Positions 38,663 to 48,493 are shown, numbered from the stretch's first letter. The stretch is DNA of 64,000 nt from Clostridia bacterium (GCA_024403185.1 JAKSSG010000002.1:2724-66723); one strand, 5' to 3'. Notes: generated by a model not told the origin, from the sequence alone. Made by a program: numbers and translations.

Positions 38663-39547
38663 TTACTCAATATTCTGCACCTGTTCCCTGATTTTCTCTA
38701 TTTCACTCTTGGTTTCCAGCATGAGAGATGTTATTTCCAGATCATTTGCCTTTGAACCTATGGTGTTGGCCTCTCTGTTCATTTCCTGAACCAGGAAATC
38801 CAGCTTCTTGCCTACTGTTCCGTCGCTTTCTGTCAGGAAGCTTTTCAGCTGAAGCATGTGGCTGTCAAGTCTCACCAGTTCTTCGGTAATGTTTGCTTTG
38901 TCGGCAAAAACTGCCGCCTCAATGAGAATTCTGTCCTCAGGAATGTCAACCTTGTCATCTACCAGTTCCTTGATCCTGGCTTCAAGCTTTTCCCTGTACT
39001 CTCTGGCTACCAGCGGAGCACGAACCTCAATCTTCTTCACTATTCCGCGGATAAGTTCCCCGCGCATGAGAAGGTCTTCCGCCAGCTTTCCGCCTTCGAC
39101 TGTTCTCATTTCATCGAGGTTCTTTGCGGCAATGTCAACTGCTCTGCAGATTACAGTTGTAACCTCTTCCTCATCCTCAACATCAGGAATTACCTTAAGC
39201 ACGTCCGGCATGGATGATACCAGCTTCAGGTCTATTTCTCCTGCCAGATCATAGCCGCTCTTCAGTTCCTTAAGATTCTCAATGTACTGCTCGGCAACGG
39301 GAGTGTTCAGTTTTACCGTAATGTCTCCCTCGGTCAGATTTTCAACTATTATTGAAACATCCGCCTTGCCCCTCTTCATCTGTTCTTTAATCTGTGATTT
39401 GATCTTTTCTTCTGCAAAAGAATATCTCTTAGGCATCTTCACGCTTATGTCAGCGTATCTGTGATTTACTGTTTTGATTTCGCAGATGACGTTTCTCTTT
39501 CCGTCGGAATACTCGCCTCTGCCAAACCCTGTCATGCTTTTGATCAT
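38663..39547 (-). CDS. yloC: YicC/YloC family endoribonuclease
   Basis: MIKSMTGFGR, GKKLDFLVQEMNREANTIGSK, REQVQNIE. Confidence 0.95.
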   Translation of the reverse strand: MIKSMTGFGRGEYSDGKRNVICEIKTVNHRYADISVKMPKRYSFAEEKIKSQIKEQMKRGKADVSIIVENLTEGDITVKLNTPVAEQYIENLKELKSGYDLAGEIDLKLVSSMPDVLKVIPDVEDEEEVTTVICRAVDIAAKNLDEMRTVEGGKLAEDLLMRGELIRGIVKKIEVRAPLVAREYREKLEARIKELVDDKVDIPEDRILIEAAVFADKANITEELVRLDSHMLQLKSFLTESDGTVGKKLDFLVQEMNREANTIGSKANDLEITSLMLETKSEIEKIREQVQNIE

Positions 39548-39619
39548 ACAATTTTCTCCTATCTCTTACTAATTTATGATACTATAATCATTGTAAAGCA
39601 AAAGCAGAAAGGTGTCAAA

Positions 39620-41311
39620 ATGTCCTACGACGGCGTTGTTACCTGCGCCATGGTGCAGGAACTCAGAGACAATTTAATATCGGGAAAGATAGAAAAAATC
39701 TACCAGCCTCAGCCGGACCAGCTGCTCCTGCAGCTTCACACTCTTGCCGGCAAGAGGCGTCTTTTCGTGTCCGCATCAGGCAGTCACTCCGCCGTTTACC
39801 TTGTGGACGAGTCACCTGAAAACCCCGTTAACCCACCCCTGTTCTGCATGGTCCTCCGAAAGCATCTGGGCGCCGCCAGAATAACCGACATTCAGCAGCA
39901 TGAAAGCGACAGAATCATCGAGATTCTGCTTGAGACAGTGGACGAACTGGGCTTCAATGTAAACAGAAAGCTCATCCTTGAAATCATGGGCAAGCACTCG
40001 AACGTGCTTCTCATTGACATGCAGACGGGCAAAATAATAGACAGCATAAAGCATGTCGGCATAGATGTGAACAGAGCGCGACAGATTCTTCCGGGCAAGA
40101 TGTATGAATACCCTCCTGCACAGCCCAAAACACCTTTTTACCGTGTTTCCGAGGAATATGTGGAGTCACTTACAGCCAACCAGCTTCAGCCTGAAAGAAG
40201 CCTTCTGGACGGCATCGGCGGCATTTCTCCTGCACTGGCGGAATCCATGGCCGCATCGGACAGACCTTTCGAATGGCTTGAAAACCTGAAAGCTTCAATC
40301 GCTGACGGAATCACTGTGCCACGGGTATACGTCAGAGACGGTAAACCTGCGGATTTTCATGTAGTGCCCCTTGCCGCCTACGAAGAGGATGAAAGCTACG
40401 AAGCCATTACCTTTGACACTCTCAGTAAGGCTGCGGCCTTCTACTTTGTAAACAGGGAATCTTCAAATACGATAAAACAGAAATCCGGAGACCTTCACAG
40501 GGTTGTAAAGGCCCAGATGGACAAGCTCAACCTCAAGGTGCAGAGACTCAATGAAGATCTGCACAAGGCTGAGAATTCGGAAAAATACAGACTGTACGGT
40601 GAGCTTCTTACGGCCAACCTCCATCTCGTGAAGGCGGGCATGAAGAGTGTCCATGTCACAAGCTACTATGACGGATCAGATGTGGAAATTCCTCTGGATC
40701 CGAGATTTTCGCCTGCAAAAAATGCGCAGAATTACTATAAGAAATACGGCAAGTTCAAGACCGCGGTAAAAGAAAAACAGCTTCAGCTGGAGGAAACCGC
40801 CCTTGAGCTGGATTACCTGGAATCGGTATCCTCATTCATTGACCGTGCAAAGACAATAGAAGAGATTGATCTACTCAGAAGCGAACTGACTGATTCCGGC
40901 TATCTGAGATTCAGAAAACATCCGAATCGAAATCGCCCGGGAAAGAAGGATAAACCAAAGCCGCACAGCTATACCCTGCCTTCAGGGAAAAACGTTCTGG
41001 TGGGCAGAAACAACAAGGAAAACGACTGGCTTACATTTAAGAAGGCCGGTTCTTCTGATATATGGTTCCATACGAAGGACATACCGGGATCACACGTGAT
41101 TCTTTTTACCGACGGTCAGTCTCCTTCCGAAGAGGAGCTGTTTCAGACTGCCGCCATCGCCGCATATCACAGCAAGGCCTCCACGTCCGAAAATGTTCCG
41201 GTGGATTACGTGAAAGTAAAATACGTGAAGAAGCCGTCCGGCTCCAAACCGGGATACGTCATCTTCACGCATAATAAAACTCTGTATGTAAATCCGTCTA
41301 TTCCAGAATAA
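39620..41311 (+). CDS. rqcH: RqcH/FbpA (NFACT) ribosome quality control factor
   Basis: MSYDG, FCMVLRKHL, EIMGKHSN, VGRNNKEND, WFHTKDIPGSHV; start at ATG 39620. Confidence 0.93.
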   Translation: MSYDGVVTCAMVQELRDNLISGKIEKIYQPQPDQLLLQLHTLAGKRRLFVSASGSHSAVYLVDESPENPVNPPLFCMVLRKHLGAARITDIQQHESDRIIEILLETVDELGFNVNRKLILEIMGKHSNVLLIDMQTGKIIDSIKHVGIDVNRARQILPGKMYEYPPAQPKTPFYRVSEEYVESLTANQLQPERSLLDGIGGISPALAESMAASDRPFEWLENLKASIADGITVPRVYVRDGKPADFHVVPLAAYEEDESYEAITFDTLSKAAAFYFVNRESSNTIKQKSGDLHRVVKAQMDKLNLKVQRLNEDLHKAENSEKYRLYGELLTANLHLVKAGMKSVHVTSYYDGSDVEIPLDPRFSPAKNAQNYYKKYGKFKTAVKEKQLQLEETALELDYLESVSSFIDRAKTIEEIDLLRSELTDSGYLRFRKHPNRNRPGKKDKPKPHSYTLPSGKNVLVGRNNKENDWLTFKKAGSSDIWFHTKDIPGSHVILFTDGQSPSEEELFQTAAIAAYHSKASTSENVPVDYVKVKYVKKPSGSKPGYVIFTHNKTLYVNPSIPE

Positions 41312-42152
41312 ACTCAATTATTCTGTCTATGACTTCATCACCGCGACACTCTGCATTTCCGTTGTGTATTTCATGGAAATAACCCGGCCACTGGATGAAC
41401 TCAACATTTTCACCCTTTGCCTTAAGGTTTTCAAAGGCCTTGCGTGTGCCTTCAATGTCGCAGATTTTGTCATCTGTTCCATGCATTATCATGGTCGGAA
41501 TCTGTCCGCTTCTGCCGTTGCACTCATGTGTTCCTGCTTCCAGCGCCTTTCCTATATCAATGCCCTCAACCGCACAGAGGAATGAAATTCTGTCATGAAC
41601 CATCGGATTTGCCCTGTATGGTTTTACCGAATCGGGATGTCCCAGAGTCGCCTCGTCAACAGTGCTGCTGGTTCCCATGGACGGTGCAATTCTGCTCATT
41701 ATCTTTGCGAGAGCATATGTTGCTCCTTTGACAGGATTTACAAGCCTTACCCATGGAGCCGAAATCAGATACTTGCTCGGAATGTCATTGAAGTCACCTC
41801 TGCTTCTGTAATCCAGCGTCAGGTTTCCTCCCATGCTGTGACCGTACAGAATTATATCCTTGCCCGGATATTTTTTCTGTGCATAGAGAATCAGGTCGCT
41901 TATGTCTGCCAGCACATCCTTTCTCGGTGCGCAATGGCCCTTCACATTCATGGAATCGCCATGACCTCTCAGGTCCATTGACAGAGTAGCTATTCCTGCC
42001 TCTGCAAATTTCGTGGCAACACGGTCGTACCTTCCGCCGTACTCACCGATGCCGTGCACTATGCACACAACTTTTTTCGGGTCTTCCACATGCCATGAAT
42101 AACCCTGAATCTTACCTTTTTCCGTCTGTTTAAGTTCAAAATTGCTGTACAT
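41298..42152 (-). CDS. alpha/beta hydrolase, lysophospholipase family
   Basis: HGIGEYGGRY, DLRGHG, GHSMGG nucleophile motif, FHE. Confidence 0.9.
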   Translation of the reverse strand: MYSNFELKQTEKGKIQGYSWHVEDPKKVVCIVHGIGEYGGRYDRVATKFAEAGIATLSMDLRGHGDSMNVKGHCAPRKDVLADISDLILYAQKKYPGKDIILYGHSMGGNLTLDYRSRGDFNDIPSKYLISAPWVRLVNPVKGATYALAKIMSRIAPSMGTSSTVDEATLGHPDSVKPYRANPMVHDRISFLCAVEGIDIGKALEAGTHECNGRSGQIPTMIMHGTDDKICDIEGTRKAFENLKAKGENVEFIQWPGYFHEIHNGNAECRGDEVIDRIIEFILE

Positions 42153-42329
42153 TTTCTGCTCTCCTTTTCTGGAATTTCCGTTACGTTACAAAAAATGACT
42201 GTTGTATTACATGTGAAACGATTTTTCTTGCTTTTGCATTCTCACTGCTTTATTTTATGAATACGAAATGATGAGACTGTAAATTAAGGCAATGATTTCG
42301 CTGAATCTTTCATGAAAGGAGGCACTTCC

Positions 42330-42464
42330 ATGGGCAGAAAATGTAGCATATGCGGCTGCACGTATGACACCTTTGCTTTCAAAGGCGGCTACATCTGTGA
42401 TGCATGCCTTCAATACATAAGGAACAGCCTGGAACCTGATACTCAGGTACAGAGCAGGAAATAA
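42330..42464 (+). CDS. 44-aa CxxC...CxxC small protein
   Basis: AAGGAGG RBS; MGRKCSICGCTYDTFAFKGGYICDACLQYIRNSLEPDTQVQSRK; below the ORF-track cutoff. Confidence 0.75.
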   Translation: MGRKCSICGCTYDTFAFKGGYICDACLQYIRNSLEPDTQVQSRK

Positions 42465-42487
42465 GGCGAATGTTCATGCCTGTCTCA

Positions 42488-43435
42488 TCATTTCCTGAGA
42501 CTGTTCAATACCTTCTCAAAATCATCCGGCGGAGGACAGCTGAACTCCATGTACTCCCCTGTAACCGGGTGAACGAATCCAAGGAGCCCGGCGTGAAGCA
42601 TCTGACGCTTTGCGCCGACTTTGTTTTTTGCGGGGCCGTAAAGCTCATCCCCAAGAAGCGGATGCTTGATGTATGACATGTGAACTCTTATCTGATGAGT
42701 TCGACCCGTTTCAAGGGCCGCCTCTATTAGCGTGAAGTTTCCGAACCTCTCGAGCACTCTGTAATGGGTTACCGCATTTCTTGCACCGGCGCTTCCCGGT
42801 GCACCTTCATGAATTACTGCATTTTTCAGCCTGTTCATCGGATCTCTTCCGATAGGCTCATCTATCGTTCCCTCATCCTCTTTGATGTTGCTGTATACTA
42901 TTGCTCTGTATTTTCTGGAAATGGAATGCTCGGCCAGCTGCTGCGAAAGACTGCTGTGAGCCCTGTCCGTCTTGGCCACCATGAGGATTCCGCTTGTATC
43001 CTTGTCTATTCTGTGAACGATTCCCGGTCTTATTACCCCGTTGATCGACGAAAGATTATCACCGCAGTGGTGCATCAGGGCATTTACCAGCGTGCCCCTG
43101 TAGTTTCCCGGTGCAGGATGGACCACCATGCCCGCCGGCTTGTTCACAACAATCAGTTCATCATCCTCATAGATGATGTCCAGAGGAATGTCTTCGGCTT
43201 CAACCTTCAGAACTTCCGGCTCCGGAATTGCAATCTCCACCATGTCGCCCAGGTCGCATTTGTGCTTCTTTTCTCTGCAGATTTCACCGTTGACTCTGAT
43301 GTTGCCCGCCTCAAAAAGCTTCTGGAGAAAACTTCTCGAGTAATTTTCCAGTCCGGCAGAAAGAACCAGGTCTAGCCTGGTTCCCTTCGTTTCTTCTGTA
43401 ATATTAAACTGTATGTTTTCAAGAATTTTTTCCAT
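42488..43435 (-). CDS. rluD: RluA family pseudouridine synthase (RluD-like)
   Basis: S4 domain, VNKPAGMVVHP, HRIDKDTSG, TGRTHQIRVH. Confidence 0.93.
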   Translation of the reverse strand: MEKILENIQFNITEETKGTRLDLVLSAGLENYSRSFLQKLFEAGNIRVNGEICREKKHKCDLGDMVEIAIPEPEVLKVEAEDIPLDIIYEDDELIVVNKPAGMVVHPAPGNYRGTLVNALMHHCGDNLSSINGVIRPGIVHRIDKDTSGILMVAKTDRAHSSLSQQLAEHSISRKYRAIVYSNIKEDEGTIDEPIGRDPMNRLKNAVIHEGAPGSAGARNAVTHYRVLERFGNFTLIEAALETGRTHQIRVHMSYIKHPLLGDELYGPAKNKVGAKRQMLHAGLLGFVHPVTGEYMEFSCPPPDDFEKVLNSLRK

Positions 43436-43444
43436 GGGCGTTTC

Positions 43445-44017
43445 CTATTTCAGCCTCTTCGGTTTTCTGCCCTTTGGTGCTTTCTTCTCCGGCTTCTTTT
43501 CCGGTTCCTTTTTTGCCTTCTTTTTTTCGGTCTGTTTCACCGGCTCAGCTGCCTGCTTAGCTGCAGGTGCTTTCCCGCCCTTTTCGTTGAAAAGAATCAT
43601 GTAGAGCAAAAGCAGTCCGCAGCCTACGCATACACAGATGTCTGCCACGTTGAATACCGGGAAGAACCCGAAATCAAACATGTCAACAACATATCCGTAA
43701 GCAGCTCTGTCTGTCAGATTGCCAAGTCCTCCTCCGCACATGAGTGCCAGGGAGAACATGAAAACAGGCTTGTATGCCTTGTATCTGGCGCAAATGAAGA
43801 TTATTGCTATCGCTATTATTATTCCGGGAACCAGAATGAGGAGGAGCGTGTGTCCCTCCAGCAGGCTGAATGCCGCTCCGGTGTTCCGGATATATGTAAG
43901 GTGTAGAAAATCTCCTAATACCGGAATCGTGTCACCCACATTCATGCTGACGGTGGTTGCCGTCTTCACGATGCGGTCCAGAACCATGACTCCGAATATT
44001 ACAAGTAGGTATATCAT
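43445..44017 (-). CDS. lspA: signal peptidase II
   Basis: RNTGAAFS, GNLTDR, VVDMF, FNVAD. Confidence 0.95.
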   Translation of the reverse strand: MIYLLVIFGVMVLDRIVKTATTVSMNVGDTIPVLGDFLHLTYIRNTGAAFSLLEGHTLLLILVPGIIIAIAIIFICARYKAYKPVFMFSLALMCGGGLGNLTDRAAYGYVVDMFDFGFFPVFNVADICVCVGCGLLLLYMILFNEKGGKAPAAKQAAEPVKQTEKKKAKKEPEKKPEKKAPKGRKPKRLK

Positions 44018-44583
44018 AATTTAAAGCTCTGAATTGTGTCTTTCTTGTTAACGGGTGCTATCGGCTTATCGTCTTCTCCCATCGGCAGATCGTCAAAATC
44101 ACTTACTCCCAGCTCAGGCAGAATATCCCCGCTTGATGATTCGAATCTCTGAAGCTCAGCTTCAAGGAGTCTCTTGTAGCGGTTCCTGAATTCAATGTAT
44201 CTTTTCTTCAGTTCCTGATTCTCTCTTGTGATCGTTTCAACCTCTTCCCTGGCGCTCTTTATCATGAGTTCAGCGTCCAGTTCCGCATTCTTAAGGAGAA
44301 CCTCCGCGCGCTTCTCGGCGCTCTCGGAAATGTCAGCCATAAGTGACTTTGCAGCCTGAAGGGTTTCAACCAGTGAGCCCTGTGAACTTCTGGTCCTCTC
44401 AAGTTCCTCAACAAGTCTGCTGTTTTCTTCACGGGTTTCTCTCAGTTCATTGAGAAGGCGATCCATGTCTATGGTTATCTCGTCGAGAAATTCATTTACT
44501 TCCTCTTCCTTGTACCCACGGACAGCCTTTGTGAATTCCTTTTCCTGTATGTCGATAGGTCTTATCATCGGCATTACCTCCAA
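44014..44583 (-). CDS. divIVA: DivIVA domain protein
   Basis: PIDIQEKEF...RGYKEEEVNEFLD followed by coiled coil; exact start uncertain. Confidence 0.9.
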   Translation of the reverse strand: MEVMPMIRPIDIQEKEFTKAVRGYKEEEVNEFLDEITIDMDRLLNELRETREENSRLVEELERTRSSQGSLVETLQAAKSLMADISESAEKRAEVLLKNAELDAELMIKSAREEVETITRENQELKKRYIEFRNRYKRLLEAELQRFESSSGDILPELGVSDFDDLPMGEDDKPIAPVNKKDTIQSFKL

Positions 44584-44586
44584 GAA

Positions 44587-45084
44587 TTATTTCCAGGGAT
44601 TATCGTCTGTTCCTGCGAAGCTGTAAGGTTTATTGTCTCCGTCGGCAAAAATTGCCACGTTTTCAGGTGCAAATACGAAAATGTTGTTTGCAACCTTCTG
44701 TACATTTCCATTCAGCGCATAAGTTGCGCCGCCAAGGAAATCGAAAATCTTTCTGGCCGTATCAGAGTCCAGTTTTTCAAGATTTACTATTACAGGCTTC
44801 CTGCTTCTGAGGTTGTCAACCAGCTTGGAGCATTCATCAAAGCTCTGCGGCTCAATTACGACAAGCTTGAAAGCGTTTGTAATTGACTTGACAGTCTTGT
44901 TCTGCATGGGAACAATATTAGTTGTATCATATCTGCCCTGTGATCCCATTGGCTTTCTCGGTTCTATTGGCTTTCTTTCAGGAAATGACGGCTGCTTGTA
45001 TGATTCTTCCTCATAATCTTCCAGTTCGTCTTCGTCATATTCCTCAACGCCAATCAAATCCTTAAACTTATTAAGCATTCCCAT
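44587..45084 (-). CDS. sepF: cell division protein SepF
   Basis: KPVIVNL, FDFLGGATYALNG, FVFAPENV; start ATG 45084 with GGAGG. Confidence 0.94.
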   Translation of the reverse strand: MGMLNKFKDLIGVEEYDEDELEDYEEESYKQPSFPERKPIEPRKPMGSQGRYDTTNIVPMQNKTVKSITNAFKLVVIEPQSFDECSKLVDNLRSRKPVIVNLEKLDSDTARKIFDFLGGATYALNGNVQKVANNIFVFAPENVAIFADGDNKPYSFAGTDDNPWK

Positions 45085-45808
45085 TCTTCTTTGCCTCCTG
45101 ATCCTTTCTGTACTGCACGTAATCTCTCTCTCCGAAAATCGCGCTTCCAACTCTAACTAAATTTGAGCCCGCTTCGATTGCTACAGGAAAATCACCTGAC
45201 ATCCCCATTGACAGGAATTCGAAATCCAATCTCGGATGTTCGATCTTTGACAGTTCATCAAACTGTGCTTTTACTCCGTCAAAATAAGGTTTAACATCTC
45301 TCGGATCTTCCTTTATTGGAGCCACGCTCATTAGCCCCTTTATTCTGATGTTCTCGCAGCTGTCGAGAATCTCTTTTACCAGTTCACCTGCTCCTTCAGT
45401 TGTTACGCCGAATTTGCTTTCTTCATCCGCCGGATTGATCTGAACCAGAATGTCCATTACTTTGCCATGCTGAGCAGCACGCTTGTCAATTTCTCTGGCG
45501 AGCTTCATGGAATCCACTGAATGAATAATGTCTACCTTGTCTATTATGTATTTAACTTTGTTTGTCTGCAGATGCCCTATCATGTGCCATCTTACCGACT
45601 TGATTGCATCATACTTGTCCATTATTTCCTGAACCTTGTTTTCACCTATGTCTGTTACGCCTGCATCAATGGCTGTATTTATCTCCTCCGGCGTTCTGGT
45701 TTTGCTTACCGCTACCAGCAGTACCTCTGAAGCGTCTCGTCCGCATCCTTCTGCAGCCGCTGCAATTTTACCCTTTACTGTCTCAAGGTTCTTCTTTATG
45801 TCCTCCAT
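45071..45808 (-). CDS. yggS: YggS family PLP homeostasis protein
   Basis: VAVSKT, GENKVQE, WHMIGHLQTNK, SMGMSGD, VRVGSAIFG. Confidence 0.95.
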   Translation of the reverse strand: MEDIKKNLETVKGKIAAAAEGCGRDASEVLLVAVSKTRTPEEINTAIDAGVTDIGENKVQEIMDKYDAIKSVRWHMIGHLQTNKVKYIIDKVDIIHSVDSMKLAREIDKRAAQHGKVMDILVQINPADEESKFGVTTEGAGELVKEILDSCENIRIKGLMSVAPIKEDPRDVKPYFDGVKAQFDELSKIEHPRLDFEFLSMGMSGDFPVAIEAGSNLVRVGSAIFGERDYVQYRKDQEAKKNGNA

Positions 45809-45812
45809 TTTG

Positions 45813-46850
45813 CTATTCCTCCTCTGAGTCACCTTTCATATCCTGTTCAAGAGCATCCTGTGGCTTTTTCAGCACCTCCTGGTAAGCCGAAACCGTTTCC
45901 ACCTGCTCATAATCATCATTTACGAAAACCGATTCATAGAGAACCGACTGTTCTCCGTCTGTAATCTTTACCTTGACCGGTTTGAAATATGTATCACCGT
46001 CCTTGGTCTTCACATAAACTCCAAGAACGCCTTCCTTCTTGATGAGACACTGATTATCCACTATCAGACCTGTCGTATTGCTCTGAACAACGGTCATGTC
46101 CACAACTCTGGCAGAACAGAAATCCTCATAGTAGACATTAAGGAAAAATGTGACTCTGAAAAAGTCACCCTCCTTTTTTACACTGTATACTCTGGCATCG
46201 ACCGTGCTCTCCGGCAGTTCAATTCTGACCTTCTGGTCAGGCTCATACTTTCTGGCATCGCTCTTTTCAAGCCAGCATACAATGTACCAGCTGTCATCGC
46301 TGGATATTTTGAAAATGGGTTCTCCTCTGACTACATCTGTTCTTTCCAGATCAAGCTGCTTTGAAGAGGCCTCTTCCGCCTTTTCTTTTCTGATCTTTTC
46401 CAGATTGTCTATTCTGAAATACTTCTCATTGCCGTCCATTGTATAGCTGACTACACCGCTTATCGGCGAATCACAGCTTTCGACCAGCAGATCGTATTTT
46501 TTCAGTCTGTCAAGGTAATCTCCGTATTTCCCGGCAGGTTCTTTCTCTTTTCCCTTTTCTTCTTCAATTGCATCGATATCGGCAATATCGGTTCCCTTTT
46601 TTACTACAGTCCCGTCATTAAGCTTATATTCTATTGTCCCGGTTGAACCGGCTGTGCATACAGCCTCATCTTTGACAAGATAGCCTTCCGCTTCACAGGA
46701 CACCTCAAGCGTGCCGTTTTCCAGCACCTGTGTGGTCTCGAATTTATCCGTGACTTTCGGAATCTGGAAAGCAACAATATATAGTATGACGAGTATTGCA
46801 AGGTATATTACCAGTATTCGCTTGGTTTTCTTTGATATTCTAATTTTCAT
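45813..46850 (-). CDS. membrane-anchored HlyD-like adaptor-fold protein
   Basis: N-terminal TM helix, SPISGVVSY..DG motif, typical clostridial neighbour of yggS. Confidence 0.65.
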   Translation of the reverse strand: MKIRISKKTKRILVIYLAILVILYIVAFQIPKVTDKFETTQVLENGTLEVSCEAEGYLVKDEAVCTAGSTGTIEYKLNDGTVVKKGTDIADIDAIEEEKGKEKEPAGKYGDYLDRLKKYDLLVESCDSPISGVVSYTMDGNEKYFRIDNLEKIRKEKAEEASSKQLDLERTDVVRGEPIFKISSDDSWYIVCWLEKSDARKYEPDQKVRIELPESTVDARVYSVKKEGDFFRVTFFLNVYYEDFCSARVVDMTVVQSNTTGLIVDNQCLIKKEGVLGVYVKTKDGDTYFKPVKVKITDGEQSVLYESVFVNDDYEQVETVSAYQEVLKKPQDALEQDMKGDSEEE

Positions 46851-46856
46851 CACTTT

Positions 46857-46885
46857 ATTTTACAACAAATACCCTGCACTTTCAA
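46857..46885 (-). promoter_or_regulatory. sigmaA promoter, probably giving a leaderless mRNA
   Basis: TTGAAA-17 nt-TAAAAT ending 6 nt before ATG 46850; no SD sequence. Confidence 0.6.
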
Positions 46886-46904
46886 CGCACTATATGTTGC
46901 TTTT

Positions 46905-47675
46905 TCACAGGCTGTCTTTCCCGTTCAGCTCGTCAATTATCTTCTTTTCATCATTTGAAAATCGCTTGGTTCCGTCTTCATTGATGTCATCTCTGTGGGA
47001 CACAAATTCTTCAAAGAGATCCGGCCTTCTTTCCTTCGTGATTTCCAGCGCCTTTCTCAGCTTCCACAGGCCGATCATTTTGTGATTGCCGCTTGTGAGA
47101 ACCTCGGGGACATCCATGCCCCTGTATTCTCTTGGCTGTGTATACTGCGGATGCTCAAGAAGCCCGGAATAGACGGACTCGTCCAGAGCCGAGTTTTCGT
47201 TTCCGAGAACACCCGGAAGAAGTCTGGCAACGCTGTCGATCAGAACCATCGCAGGCAGTTCTCCGCCTGTAAGCACATAGTCGCCGATTGATATTTCTTC
47301 GGCATTCCAGTAATCAAGAACGCGCTGGTCCACTCCCTCGTAGTGACCGCAGAGTATTACAAGGCTGTCCATGTCGGCCAGCTCCCTGATCTTGGCTTCA
47401 TCAAGGATTTTTCCCTTCGGTGACATGTAGATTACCTTTCTTCCTTCTGCACCAACGTGTTCCATGGCACCGAAAATAGGATCTGCCATCATTACCATTC
47501 CGCCTCCGCCGCCAAAGGGGTAGTCATCAGCTTTATTGTGTTTGTCATTGCTGAAATCCCTGATGTCGGTAAGCCTTATGTCTATTATTCCTTTTTCCAC
47601 TGCCCGTCCTATCATGCTTTCCTGTGTAACAGGTGTAAACATGTCGGGGAACAGTGTAAGAACATCAATTTTCAT
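46905..47675 (-). CDS. trmD: tRNA (guanine37-N1)-methyltransferase
   Basis: DDYPFGGGGGMVM, CGHYEGVD, SIGDYVLTGGE. Confidence 0.98.
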   Translation of the reverse strand: MKIDVLTLFPDMFTPVTQESMIGRAVEKGIIDIRLTDIRDFSNDKHNKADDYPFGGGGGMVMMADPIFGAMEHVGAEGRKVIYMSPKGKILDEAKIRELADMDSLVILCGHYEGVDQRVLDYWNAEEISIGDYVLTGGELPAMVLIDSVARLLPGVLGNENSALDESVYSGLLEHPQYTQPREYRGMDVPEVLTSGNHKMIGLWKLRKALEITKERRPDLFEEFVSHRDDINEDGTKRFSNDEKKIIDELNGKDSL

Positions 47676-47686
47676 CCTGTTCTCCT

Positions 47687-48184
47687 TTATAAATCCAGCA
47701 TTCCCTCAATGAGTCTTACTGTGATTTTTCCTGCCTTTGCATCTATGTTCAGAACAAAATCAGGCACTCTCGGAATGAGGACCTGCTTTCCTTCGTCTGT
47801 TTCAAGTTCAAATATGTCCTGGGCCGAGTTCTGAATCACGTCTGTCATGGTACCCAGGTGGCTGCCGTCTTCAAGCAGCACTTCCATTCCGATCAGGTCG
47901 CGTACATAGTACTCGCCTTCAGGAAGTTCCGGCAGATCCGCGTCTGTCACGAAGAGTTCGCTCCCCTTGGCCTTCTCTGCCTCGTTTCTGTCGCTGATTC
48001 CATCAAGGCCCAGAACGACCATGTTCTTCTGCGTGCGGACGCTCTTTATTTTCATGAGCGTATCCTCCACATAGATGGATTCAGTGTTTTCGTATATTTC
48101 AACGCTGTCGGAGTAATTATATACTCTTACTTCTCCCTTGAGTCCGACCGCATTTACTATTTTACCGATTAATATCTTTTCCAT
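47687..48184 (-). CDS. rimM: ribosome maturation factor RimM
   Basis: IGKIVNAVGLKGEV, EYYVRDLIG, LIP; start ATG 48184. Confidence 0.95.
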   Translation of the reverse strand: MEKILIGKIVNAVGLKGEVRVYNYSDSVEIYENTESIYVEDTLMKIKSVRTQKNMVVLGLDGISDRNEAEKAKGSELFVTDADLPELPEGEYYVRDLIGMEVLLEDGSHLGTMTDVIQNSAQDIFELETDEGKQVLIPRVPDFVLNIDAKAGKITVRLIEGMLDL

Positions 48185-48200
48185 TACACTCCTTAATTTC

Positions 48201-48238
48201 AAAAATGGGTCAAAAGAACCGTCCCCTTGACCCATTTT
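48201..48238. terminator. intra-operon hairpin between khpA and rimM
   Basis: AAAATGGGTCAA/TTGACCCATTTT stem around GAACCGTCCCC. Confidence 0.55.
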
Positions 48239-48243
48239 AATAC

Positions 48244-48474
48244 TTATTGAACTATTTCAACGACAACTTTAGCGTTAGCCTTTGTTGCTGCCGCTTTTAC
48301 GACAGTACGGATTGCCTTGGCAATTCTACCCTGTTTGCCAATTACTTTTCCCATGTCATCAGAAGCGACCTTCAACTGGATAACAGTAGTGCCGTTTGAC
48401 TGTGTTTCGGAAACTTCAACCGCTTCCGGATGTTCAACCAGTGACTTTGCAATTGCACTAACTAATTCTACCAT
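48244..48474 (-). CDS. khpA: KH domain RNA-binding protein KhpA
   Basis: DMGKVIGKQGRIAKAIRT. Confidence 0.95.
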   Translation of the reverse strand: MVELVSAIAKSLVEHPEAVEVSETQSNGTTVIQLKVASDDMGKVIGKQGRIAKAIRTVVKAAATKANAKVVVEIVQ

Positions 48475-48493
48475 TGAATCACCGCTTTCTTTC

